Origin: a virus
Lineage: Duplodnaviria; Caudoviricetes
Length of the DNA stretch: 59,799 nt
Virus record (IMG/VR): IMGVR_UViG_3300025694_000005
Coordinates: 1-59,799 of that record
Direction: 5' to 3' (one strand)
A model generated the notes under the pieces. The model worked only from the letters and a program-made list of their open reading frames with translations, ran no database searches and was not told where the DNA came from. The position numbers and the translations under genes are program-made. This document shows positions 43,858 through 52,939 of the stretch, in pieces (position 1 is the first letter of the stretch; each line of letters begins with the position of its first letter).

Positions 43858-45326
43858 TGTTTTTTCTCCACAATCTCATTCAAGTCTTTGATCGCTTCAA
43901 TAAGTAGAGCACTAATTCTGTCATATTTAACGGCTAAAGTTCCATCAGGTCTCTCTACCACTAGTTCGGGCAAAACTTTTTTAAGTTCTTGTGCTATAAC
44001 CCCTACATCTTTTTTCCTCATAAAATAAGGATCTTCTCCCCCATGCTCAACCATGTACTCATCCGTCCAATCAAACGTTATTCCAGAGAGTGATTTTACT
44101 TTTTCTATGCTGTTGGTTATAGGAAGGATATTTTCTTTAAATCTTGAGTCTGAAGAGTAGAAAGCAGTAATATCCCCTGTTGCTCTAATAGACCCAGCTC
44201 CTCCGGTCGCGATGACCCCAACACCCAAAGAATTAACTTGTGCGTTAGAATTAGTTGAAAAGCCTCCTGTAGCTCCTTGAGCACCTTGAGCACCTTGAGC
44301 ACCTTGAGGTCCAGCACCACCTCCAGCACCTTGAGTACCTTGAGCACCTTTAGTACCTGTAGCACCTTGAGTACCTTGAGCACCTTGAGTACCTTGAGCA
44401 CCTTGAGTACCTTGAGCACCTTTAGTACCTGTAGCACCTTTAGAACCTTGAGTACCTTGAGCACCTTTAGAACCTGTAGCACCTTTAGAACCTGTAGCAC
44501 CTTTAGAACCTGTAGCACCTTTAGAACCTGTAGCACCTTTAGAACCTGTAGCACCTTGAGAACCTGTAGCACCTTTAGAACCTGTAGCACCTTTAGAACC
44601 TGTAGCACCTTTAGAACCTGTAGCACCTTTAGAACCTGTAGCACCTTGAGAACCTGTAGCACCTTGAGAACCTGTAGCACCTTTAGAACCTGTAGCACCT
44701 TTAGAACCTGTAGCACCTTTAGAACCTGTAGCACCTTGAGTACCTTGAGCACCTCCAGCACCTTGAGCACCTTTAGAACCTGTAGCACCTTGAGCACCTT
44801 TAGCACCTTGAGTACCTTGAGCACCTTGAGGACCTGGTTGAGAAGCTGCATAGGCTTCTGTAGCTAGAGCACTCCCCGCAACTTCTAGCTTACCTGACCC
44901 TATACTTAAAGTAGTACCGCCCATAACTAAACTAGTACCGCTTAAATATAAGTCTCTGAACTGAAAGGTAGGGCTACCTAGGTCAAAACCAGTGGTTCCG
45001 TCTGAGTTTACGTTCGGAATAATACTAGCCCCTACATTAATAGAACCACCGAACTCTGCTATTCGAACCTCGCCACCGGCATCCACTTCAATGCTAGGTA
45101 TTCCAGATCCATCCGCAACAGAGAAGATTGTTCCTGTTAAATCATTTGAAATTGAAAAGAGCTGACCTGCGCTGCCTTCGAAACTTAAAGTAGACGTTGT
45201 ACCATCGTCGACTGTGGATAACGTAATAGGATCGCCACTCGTTGCCCCGCTTGAGAATACTATCTTAGGGTCGGCAGCAGCGCTCGTATTTGGGGTAATA
45301 AGTATGTCTTTATCTGAATCTGCCAT
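43854..45326 (-). CDS. collagen-like tail fibre with C-terminal peptidase S74 chaperone
   Basis: About 60 G-X-Y triplets; SSDSRFKENI...GVIAQE...LLIEAIK. Confidence 0.9.
   Translation of the reverse strand: MADSDKDILITPNTSAAADPKIVFSSGATSGDPITLSTVDDGTTSTLSFEGSAGQLFSISNDLTGTIFSVADGSGIPSIEVDAGGEVRIAEFGGSINVGASIIPNVNSDGTTGFDLGSPTFQFRDLYLSGTSLVMGGTTLSIGSGKLEVAGSALATEAYAASQPGPQGAQGTQGAKGAQGATGSKGAQGAGGAQGTQGATGSKGATGSKGATGSKGATGSQGATGSQGATGSKGATGSKGATGSKGATGSKGATGSQGATGSKGATGSKGATGSKGATGSKGATGSKGAQGTQGSKGATGTKGAQGTQGAQGTQGAQGTQGATGTKGAQGTQGAGGGAGPQGAQGAQGAQGATGGFSTNSNAQVNSLGVGVIATGGAGSIRATGDITAFYSSDSRFKENILPITNSIEKVKSLSGITFDWTDEYMVEHGGEDPYFMRKKDVGVIAQELKKVLPELVVERPDGTLAVKYDRISALLIEAIKDLNEIVEKKQ
44264..44836 (-). 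repeat. 9/18-nt tandem repeat encoding collagen G-X-Y
   Basis: Unit ACCTTTAGAACCTGTAGC (GATGSK on the minus strand) and variants. Confidence 0.95.
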
Positions 45327-45367
45327 TATTTTTCTCTGGTGCTAGGAAACAAGTTTCCAAAGATTGT

Positions 45368-45396
45368 ATTATAAATTAAAAAGACCAAACTGTCAA
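45368..45396 (-). promoter_or_regulatory. sigma70 promoter for the collagen fibre unit
   Basis: TTGACA-N17-TATAAT. Confidence 0.85.
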
Positions 45397-45415
45397 GAGT
45401 TAAATTTTTCATGTT

Positions 45416-45631
45416 TTATCCTGGATTGACCGTATCAATATTGCAATCTATAAAGTATATTTCATTATTTACAACTTCGTATTCGCAATCAGCAACTTCT
45501 GGCCAGACTTCTTTTACTTTTGCGATTACATCTTCTGGATTCGTATAGTTAAAACCTTGACTATGATGTATACACCACACAATATCCCAATATGCATCAT
45601 CACTTGCTTTTAATGCTACTAATTCTCTCAT
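45416..45631 (-). CDS. small hypothetical protein
   Basis: Likely start MRELVALK (ATGA overlap). Confidence 0.6.
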   Translation of the reverse strand: MRELVALKASDDAYWDIVWCIHHSQGFNYTNPEDVIAKVKEVWPEVADCEYEVVNNEIYFIDCNIDTVNPG

Positions 45632-46329
45632 GCTGCCCAAATCCTTAATTCTTCCGCACGATCTTGAACAGATCCAGCACATTTATGATTGATTGCAGGA
45701 CCGCCTTCGCAGCTGGCATACCAACTCTGCACACAACTTTGTTCATAGTAATTACTCCAGCCACCAACAGCACCAGAACAACCTAAGCCGCTTGTACTAG
45801 TAATCCAGCCTGTCCAAGCTCCGTCAGGTCCCCACTTTCTTTTAAATCGTTGTCCCGCTGACCTATCCCCAGATTGCCAGTTATCTGGAAACTCAAATTC
45901 ATTGTACTGAGCGCTACGACCTGTTCCTGAAATCACACCAGTTGCCCAAACTGTACCGGGGAATTCAACACTAGAATGAAACCATTGAGTTCGTGTTTGT
46001 TTAATTCCATTATTTAAAACTGTACGAATATCATCATCAGCAAATTTATGTTGAGATGTGTCGGTTTCCAAAGGCACTGTTCCTCCGGGTGTGCGATTTG
46101 AAGTATTTACTGCAGCATTCACATAAGGAGACGTGGCTCTCGGAAAAGCTGTGAATACGAGATGCCAACCTACATCCGTATCTGTAGTAATATCACAGTA
46201 CACAAGAAAGCGTTCAGATGAGTCATTTTTTCCTTTCGGATGAATCATCACAGTTCGATTTCCTGCCGCTGGCGATACTCTTTTTAGTTCAGTAGCATTT
46301 TTTACTCTTGTTCCTGTAAAACATCCCAT
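45628..46329 (-). CDS. fibrinogen-C-like/lectin-like virion protein
   Basis: FLVYCDITTD..GWHLV motif; Cys/Trp-rich C-terminus. Confidence 0.65.
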   Translation of the reverse strand: MGCFTGTRVKNATELKRVSPAAGNRTVMIHPKGKNDSSERFLVYCDITTDTDVGWHLVFTAFPRATSPYVNAAVNTSNRTPGGTVPLETDTSQHKFADDDIRTVLNNGIKQTRTQWFHSSVEFPGTVWATGVISGTGRSAQYNEFEFPDNWQSGDRSAGQRFKRKWGPDGAWTGWITSTSGLGCSGAVGGWSNYYEQSCVQSWYASCEGGPAINHKCAGSVQDRAEELRIWAA

Positions 46330-46341
46330 TATAAGTACCTC

Positions 46342-47733
46342 CTAAACGTACTTGCTTTTCGAAGCATTATAATTCTGTTTGACTTCGCCTGCTGTTAGTG
46401 CTCGCTCGTAAACTCTGGCTGTGGCGATTTTGCCGTCCCAAGCTGTGGTACTACCGCCTCGCCTTCCTATTTCTCTGGGTGTCGCTCCTGCGGATAAAGT
46501 ATCAACAGAGCCTGTACTAACGGAACTCGTTTCTACTCCATTAAGATATACTTTAGCAGTAGATCCTGTCCAAGTATACGCTACGTGATACCAACTACCT
46601 GCAGTAATATCACCAGCGGATAGTGTAGTTGCTCCAGTGGTACTGCCTCCGCTACCATCGAACCAGCCCACACCCGATTTTTGTAAGTCTAATCCAAAAA
46701 ATATGCCTCCATTAAAATTATATAACGCCATCCATTGACTACTTTCTTGAACATATAGTTGATGATACTGGCCGGAAGGAGGAATAGTGTCCGGATAACA
46801 CCAAAACTCCCAGCTACCAGAAGTCTTTCCCGACATAAAATTCGAAGCCAATCCTAAATAACTACTGCTTCCATCAAACTCAAAAGTATTTAGATCGGTT
46901 GCATCGTAGGTTAAACTATTCGCTGTAATAGTATGACCACCAGCTATGTCAATAATAGCTTGACTGGTTGAACGACTGTCCGTTACGCCGGTGCTCGTAG
47001 AGTAGAGAAACTTGCTGGGAGTATTCCCTACTTCAAGTTGAAAGTTTGCAACTTTAGTGACTCCTCTGGTGGTATAGTGTCCATAATTGTATTGACTCCA
47101 TGTAGCATTTAATCCTCTATTTGCGCTAACGGTAAAAATTGCATATAGTCTTTGCCAAGTATGGGTTTTAGTATTAAATGCGGTAGTGGTTGCTGTGTTT
47201 GACAAACCATCATGAAAACCGTTTCCTGTGTTTGTTGCATTTTGTCCGTATAATCCACAGCGTGCAGACTTGCCTGTGTTGGTAGTCCACTGGTCCCACG
47301 AGATAACATAATTACTTCCAGTAGTTAGTCCCAGCTTCGTAGGTGTATTGATAGTAGCATCAAAACCAAATCCCGCATACATCCATGATCCATTGCCAAT
47401 ATCTCTCATTGTAGAAACTGGATATCCAAGCTCTTCATCAAAGGTCCAGATGCCGTGATATGTGTTTGTCCAATCAGTCACGCCAGTATTGATATGACTA
47501 GTAAGTTCAGTCCCACTGTGACTAAACACTCTTATAGCATCTTGGTGTCTCAAGTCCCAAGTGCCGAGAGCGGTGGCTGAATAAGTATTTCCTTGAAGTG
47601 GATTTGCTCCAAATCTTTCTGGATTAGCATTATGTGCATAGTTTGTCGTGGGCTTGCCCTTAAAACTTCTGTCACTGGACATATCATACATGAAAGTGAG
47701 TCCGGAAGTAACAATACTATTTTTAATAGCCAT
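46342..47733 (-). CDS. LamG/ConA lectin-domain protein with an inserted CBM-like domain
   Basis: IVTSGL..MYD, WYHVAYTW....VYLNG and VYERALT..EVKQNYNA. Confidence 0.85.
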   Translation of the reverse strand: MAIKNSIVTSGLTFMYDMSSDRSFKGKPTTNYAHNANPERFGANPLQGNTYSATALGTWDLRHQDAIRVFSHSGTELTSHINTGVTDWTNTYHGIWTFDEELGYPVSTMRDIGNGSWMYAGFGFDATINTPTKLGLTTGSNYVISWDQWTTNTGKSARCGLYGQNATNTGNGFHDGLSNTATTTAFNTKTHTWQRLYAIFTVSANRGLNATWSQYNYGHYTTRGVTKVANFQLEVGNTPSKFLYSTSTGVTDSRSTSQAIIDIAGGHTITANSLTYDATDLNTFEFDGSSSYLGLASNFMSGKTSGSWEFWCYPDTIPPSGQYHQLYVQESSQWMALYNFNGGIFFGLDLQKSGVGWFDGSGGSTTGATTLSAGDITAGSWYHVAYTWTGSTAKVYLNGVETSSVSTGSVDTLSAGATPREIGRRGGSTTAWDGKIATARVYERALTAGEVKQNYNASKSKYV

Positions 47734-48437
47734 TATGCTCTACCTCTGAGTACATTATATACTTTCATAATATCAGCATCATTGAGAGCTGTTTGCCAGA
47801 TAGCAACAAATCCTATGTCTCCCGTAAAGTAAGCTGTTCCTCCACCTGCTAGATCTCTGCCTATACTTAGAGGCCAATCATTTAACCCATTACCCACAGT
47901 AGTTGCAGTATCACTACCAGACAATTTTCCATTAATATATTGTCTGACTCGGTATACGCCTGTTGACCCACTGCCAGCATCGCCTGTGCGAGCCGCATAA
48001 GGAACAACCATTGTCACATTTACCCAATCATTCACTGCTGTAGCACCCACTGAATTAGTTGCTGCGTATACATAAGACCTTACGTTTGTTCCATCGTACC
48101 AAATGCCATATTCGGGTCCGGCATTATCGGTAATAATAGCTTTGTTTACTCCACCTTGATTTGAAGTTGGGCGAAACCAAACACTAACCGTAGACGCATC
48201 ATTGTCAGCTGTAAAACTATTAGGTGTCGATGGATTTGATTGAGCAAAACTTGTTGAGCCATTAAAAGAAAACCAACCTCCGGTATCATAAGCCACGCTA
48301 TTTAATGTAAAGTTATTGCCATATCCTGAAAGATCTGTCCAAGTGGTTCCAGAGCCTGAATAACTACTAGGATTTTTAGCGTCTACTAAACACCGAAGAA
48401 AGTGTGTAGGAATTTTTGAAGGGTATCCTATACTCAT
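47733..48437 (-). CDS. LamG/ConA lectin-domain protein
   Basis: DAKNPSSYSGSGTTWTDLSG.GN and YING...YFTGDI. Confidence 0.85.
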   Translation of the reverse strand: MSIGYPSKIPTHFLRCLVDAKNPSSYSGSGTTWTDLSGYGNNFTLNSVAYDTGGWFSFNGSTSFAQSNPSTPNSFTADNDASTVSVWFRPTSNQGGVNKAIITDNAGPEYGIWYDGTNVRSYVYAATNSVGATAVNDWVNVTMVVPYAARTGDAGSGSTGVYRVRQYINGKLSGSDTATTVGNGLNDWPLSIGRDLAGGGTAYFTGDIGFVAIWQTALNDADIMKVYNVLRGRA

Positions 48438-48535
48438 TCTTCTAATACTCCGGAGTTCAGGCGATCAAATTCCTCTTCGCATTCGGTAGAGCAGAAATTT
48501 TCTTCACATTCTTGATGACAATTTAAGCAGCTCAT
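48434..48535 (-). CDS. mini zinc-finger peptide (33 aa), not in ORF track
   Basis: MSCLNCHQECEENFCSTECEEEFDRLNSGVLEE; ATGA overlaps at both ends. Confidence 0.6.
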   Translation of the reverse strand: MSCLNCHQECEENFCSTECEEEFDRLNSGVLEE

Positions 48536-51500
48536 ACATCATACTCTACAGTTAATTTCTCAATATCCTTACGTTCTGCAAACACATGATAGAAGAACTT
48601 TTCACTTCCGCCTACGGTGATAGTATTATTTTCGATACTTTCTACCCATACAGAACCTGGTCCAATCGCTGTAAGACTTACTGTAATTGTATCTTCATGT
48701 ACAAGACCGAGCCAATAATCCGGAAGTTCGATGACTTGCTCTCCATCCATTCTTCCACGAACGTATACGCCGTTTTCCGGTCCTTCCAAAGATCCATAAC
48801 GTAGTCTCATACCTTCTTTAGTGGGATGTTCAATATCGAAGGACTTTGAGGTTGCAGTTAATGTACCAGTAACATCAACATTACTATCAATAGTAACAGC
48901 GCCTTCAGTATTTCTAATTGTAAAATCGGGATTGCCAGAAGAACCATAACCAATCCACGCCTTCTCTGCACTTCCCCTTTGAAAAGAAATATATCCAACC
49001 TGATTTGTAGCATTGGAAGCATCTGAGTCGTTAATTATAAATGCTGGAGATGAATCTGATATACCTAAACCACCACTAAACGTTTTATTACCCGTGAATG
49101 TCTGAGTACCGGAAAGATGTGCTGTATCAGTATCGAGATAAGCGGAAGCAATTGCAGTACCGTTCCAAGTACCAGTAGCAATTGTACCTAAAGTTGTTAC
49201 ATTCGTTGAGCCTTGATAGCCGTCTTTAAGTCCATCAGGAGTGACAGCTCTTGTCGCATCTGTTCCAGTTGTTGTTTCGGCTGTAGTTGCTAACTCAACG
49301 ATACCTTTTACCGTTGTTGATGCATTTGGTTCATCTCCTGTGTTAGTGCCACTGAGATTGCTGGCTGAAATAGCTCCTGCAAAGGTTGTGTTGTTTGAAT
49401 TTCCTTCAAACGTGACTTGAGTTGTCCAAGCCGCATTATTATTTCTTCTTTGAAGAATTAAAGGAGTATCTCCGTTTGAATTATCGAAGGAAACTAGTCG
49501 ATGTCCATAACCATCATTCACATCGGCAGTAAGAAATTCTATTCCTCTTCCATCAGTGCTTGGAGAAGCTTCACTGCCTCCCTTTGCAAGAATAATTGCT
49601 CCTGGTTGAGTGGCGTCAGGAGTAAGAGAGGTGGCTCCTCGTGTATAGATTGTGCCAGCAAATTTAGCCTGGTTTTCGTCTAAAGTAAGAACTGTAGTTG
49701 TTGGACTTGTTACTTCGTTTCCACTGACTTTAAAAACGTAAGAACCATAAGCACCCGTTCCTTCCGAATCAGTGTCTTCAATATAGTTAAACTCTGCGGT
49801 CGTATCCGTAACACCTATAGATAAAACTTGATTTGCATTTGATCCAGACCTTGATATATTTAAAGGAATAGTGCCACCGCTAGAATTAAAATTCTTTTGA
49901 CCCGTAAACGTTTGCGTGGTTGTTAGATGAGCAGTGTCAGCATCAAGATAAGCAGAAGTAATAACACTACCATTCCAAATACCAGACGTAATAGTACCTA
50001 CTTCTGTAATGTCTAATGCATTAATACTAGATTGTGTTTCGTCTCCAGTATTCGTGCCACTGAGATTGCTACCTGTAATGGGTCCAGCTGATATAATGCC
50101 GTGACTAAATTCAAATTTATCGCTGGTTGTGTTCCAAAGAATAGTAGCGTCTGTACTAGCATCTACAGCATCTTGAATTCGAATACCAGCTCCATTCGCT
50201 GCGGCTGAAGTATCTCCAGCTCCAAAGTTTAGAGTGATTTCTCCCTGTTCCACGTTTAGGTCTTCTACATTTACAGAAGTAGTTGCCCCCGTAACAAACA
50301 GATCTCCAGTGACTGTAACGTCTCCTGAGAAGGTTGCGTCGCCGGCGGAATCGATGCGCATGCGTTCTTCTGCTGATGTCCAGAACACCATTGAGCTGTC
50401 ACTATGGTCGTAGCGAATCAATCCTTGGTTTGCTTCGGTCCCTGAAGTGCCATCGCCAAAGCGAATTGCGCCTGTGCCCGATGTAGAAGTTGCCAAAGCA
50501 AGAGTGGAATCAGCACTCGTTCCGTAAGCTCCAATTTGAAAGTCGTAGATTGGCGAACTCGTACCAATCCCCACGTTGCCGCCATATGGGTTTAACAATA
50601 GTGAATATGGAGTTGTGCCCGGCCCATTACTACGCTGAATATACGCGTGGCCACCAGACACCCCACCGAAGGTAGTAATTGTACTATCTGCCGCGTGGGT
50701 TTTTAGCTGTAATGTTGATTTTGTTGTTGTTTCGGCTAAACTTGTAGTATATTCTGATAAAGGATGCACTACATGAAGCCTGCTATTTGGAGAATTCGTG
50801 CCTATTCCAACGTTGCCACTCCCAGTAATAACCATTCTGTCAAAAGTTTCACCTTTTGCGACATTACCAGAAGTCTCCGTAGCAAATGCGTCATACCCAG
50901 TTGCTGCGATTGTGAATGTAGTGGAGTTAGTCACCCCAGTAACTATGAAACTACCATTAAAATTTGTAGTGCCTTGAATAGCAACCTTATCACCGACTTC
51001 TACACCAAGACCCAAAGATGCGACGTGAACAACTGTAATGTCAGTTGTGTTCGCTGAAATGCTGGTGATAGCACTGTTTGACCGATCAGATACGGAAAAT
51101 ATTAAATCAGTTTCAAATTCTTCGCCCGGATCAACCGTATATGTTCTAATTCTGGCTTTATTAGAAGAATTACTGTCGGTATTAAAGAATAAAAGTGAAC
51201 TTCCCCCAGAGCCAAAATCTCCTCTGTAGGTTTGAAGTGTTAACATATCTTTTGTCACCCCGCCACCCACAGAAGAATAGATGTGTAGGGGTGTTACTGG
51301 AGCATTTGTGCCGATACCCACGATTCCGCTCGGAAATATTGCAACGCCATCTGATCGAAAAGTGGCAATCGTGGTGTCATAGATATTATCCGCAGTCCAG
51401 TCTCCTCCACCGGAGACGAAATCAATACTATCTGATCCGTCATTATCTCTAGTTGCTAATACTAATTTTCCGTTAAGTCCACCTTGAATCAAAGTCCCAA

Positions 51501-52896
51501 ATTGTGATCCGCTGGTAATGGTTTGTAGACCGTTAGTGGCACCAGCAGTGAAAGGACTTATAAGAAGTGTACTATTTTCGTTAGCTGAAATGCCTACTCT
51601 TAATAACTCTGTATTCGCAGCACCTTCTACGTCTAACAATGTCTGCGGTGCGTTTGTGCCGATACCGACATTGCCGTCAGAGGCTATAGTCAACTTAGTA
51701 GATAAAGCATTACTTTCATAGACACTGAAATCCATGTAAGAGTCGATATTAGCATCGTCAGCATCCCAAGTATTTCCCTCACGACCAACACGAATTCTGC
51801 CGGCTTGTGGCTTATGTGTACCACTATCTCTACTCAAACCGAAGTTTATAGCAACACTTTGAGTAGTACCAACACTAAAATTTTTATTAGAAATTAACAG
51901 CGGTTTAGAGTCGCCATTATTATCGTCTCTTACTTGGAGTTTGTAGTCTGCAAACATCGAGGATGTTTCGCCGATACCGACATTTTGAGCACTGTTGATC
52001 CTCATCACTTCGGTGCCGGTCAATGTTGTATTATTTGAGGTTGTCCAGAATCCAATACGAGTCGCTGCATTTTCTACACCGGACGAACCACCCAAATTAA
52101 TAACATTGTCCGATAATTCAGATCTAGTTTGGACAAACGTAAACGGCTCTTCCGCATTTGTATAATGTGCGTTTTTTATTCTTCCTATTTTATTACTAGT
52201 ATCTGTTTCAGTACTGGTTAAAGTAATCCCACCAGTGGCATCATTAGGCCCCAGAACTGTTAGTGTGGAAGGTGGCGAATCCGTACCAATACCCACGTTA
52301 TTAGTACCACCGTCAATGAACAGCGTATTCGCGCTGCCAGTGGTCGCCACTCTAAAATTAGCCGTGGTTTGTCCGCTATTAAATACAGACTCAGAACCCG
52401 CTGAACCTGCGTCGCCAATGCCATCGCTAGTGATTAGACGAGTTGCCGTGACGCTGCCCGTGACATCAATGCCTGTGGCTGTGGTTTCAAACTTTCTAGA
52501 GCCAGAGTGATAAAGATTGACCGCTCCGCTTTCTACAGCGTAGATATAATTTTGAGTATTAGCGGTATTTGCAACCAGAAAGTCTGATGCGCTTTGAATG
52601 GTTAATCTTCCAGTTCCACTGTCTTTAATGTAGCTACTAATCCCATCATGATAAATCTGTAGGTCACTGTCAGTGCCGAAGATGGCTTTTTCATTATCAA
52701 GAAAGTTAAGGTCGCCACTAGCTAATCCGCCAGCTCCGGTTACTTCTATAATAGTATCCGGGGAAGTTCCATCATCTTTTTTAATATAAACTTTGCCATC
52801 ATTTGTATTGATAGCAATTTCACCAAGTTCTAAAGATTCAAGAGAAGGGATAGCGCCCGGAGTGGCCGAGCGCTTTAATTTGATAGTTTGTGCCAT
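48532..52896 (-). CDS. long tail fibre protein (1454 aa)
   Basis: IKLKRS...LGEIAINTNDGK N-terminus, repeated GNVGIGT, gp53-like KGIVELAT, C-terminal KSFDIEHP...LEGPENGVY. Confidence 0.9.
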   Translation of the reverse strand: MAQTIKLKRSATPGAIPSLESLELGEIAINTNDGKVYIKKDDGTSPDTIIEVTGAGGLASGDLNFLDNEKAIFGTDSDLQIYHDGISSYIKDSGTGRLTIQSASDFLVANTANTQNYIYAVESGAVNLYHSGSRKFETTATGIDVTGSVTATRLITSDGIGDAGSAGSESVFNSGQTTANFRVATTGSANTLFIDGGTNNVGIGTDSPPSTLTVLGPNDATGGITLTSTETDTSNKIGRIKNAHYTNAEEPFTFVQTRSELSDNVINLGGSSGVENAATRIGFWTTSNNTTLTGTEVMRINSAQNVGIGETSSMFADYKLQVRDDNNGDSKPLLISNKNFSVGTTQSVAINFGLSRDSGTHKPQAGRIRVGREGNTWDADDANIDSYMDFSVYESNALSTKLTIASDGNVGIGTNAPQTLLDVEGAANTELLRVGISANENSTLLISPFTAGATNGLQTITSGSQFGTLIQGGLNGKLVLATRDNDGSDSIDFVSGGGDWTADNIYDTTIATFRSDGVAIFPSGIVGIGTNAPVTPLHIYSSVGGGVTKDMLTLQTYRGDFGSGGSSLLFFNTDSNSSNKARIRTYTVDPGEEFETDLIFSVSDRSNSAITSISANTTDITVVHVASLGLGVEVGDKVAIQGTTNFNGSFIVTGVTNSTTFTIAATGYDAFATETSGNVAKGETFDRMVITGSGNVGIGTNSPNSRLHVVHPLSEYTTSLAETTTKSTLQLKTHAADSTITTFGGVSGGHAYIQRSNGPGTTPYSLLLNPYGGNVGIGTSSPIYDFQIGAYGTSADSTLALATSTSGTGAIRFGDGTSGTEANQGLIRYDHSDSSMVFWTSAEERMRIDSAGDATFSGDVTVTGDLFVTGATTSVNVEDLNVEQGEITLNFGAGDTSAAANGAGIRIQDAVDASTDATILWNTTSDKFEFSHGIISAGPITGSNLSGTNTGDETQSSINALDITEVGTITSGIWNGSVITSAYLDADTAHLTTTQTFTGQKNFNSSGGTIPLNISRSGSNANQVLSIGVTDTTAEFNYIEDTDSEGTGAYGSYVFKVSGNEVTSPTTTVLTLDENQAKFAGTIYTRGATSLTPDATQPGAIILAKGGSEASPSTDGRGIEFLTADVNDGYGHRLVSFDNSNGDTPLILQRRNNNAAWTTQVTFEGNSNNTTFAGAISASNLSGTNTGDEPNASTTVKGIVELATTAETTTGTDATRAVTPDGLKDGYQGSTNVTTLGTIATGTWNGTAIASAYLDTDTAHLSGTQTFTGNKTFSGGLGISDSSPAFIINDSDASNATNQVGYISFQRGSAEKAWIGYGSSGNPDFTIRNTEGAVTIDSNVDVTGTLTATSKSFDIEHPTKEGMRLRYGSLEGPENGVYVRGRMDGEQVIELPDYWLGLVHEDTITVSLTAIGPGSVWVESIENNTITVGGSEKFFYHVFAERKDIEKLTVEYDV

Positions 52897-52939
52897 GTGG
52901 CCTCCGATTGCCTGCGTATATACGCGAGGAGATTAAATT

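Noticed and set aside
44264-44836. Tandem repeat as a CRISPR array
   Set aside because: There are no unique spacers, the 9/18-nt period is in frame with G-X-Y, and no cas genes are present.
44117-44867. ORFs 44117-44851 (VLK/VLQ repeats) and 44277-44867 (STFRTC repeats)
   Set aside because: These are alternative-frame and antisense shadows of the collagen repeat.
52911-52929. Palindrome GCGTATATACGC between fibre genes
   Set aside because: It is a single short hairpin beside the RBS, with too little evidence to assign a function.
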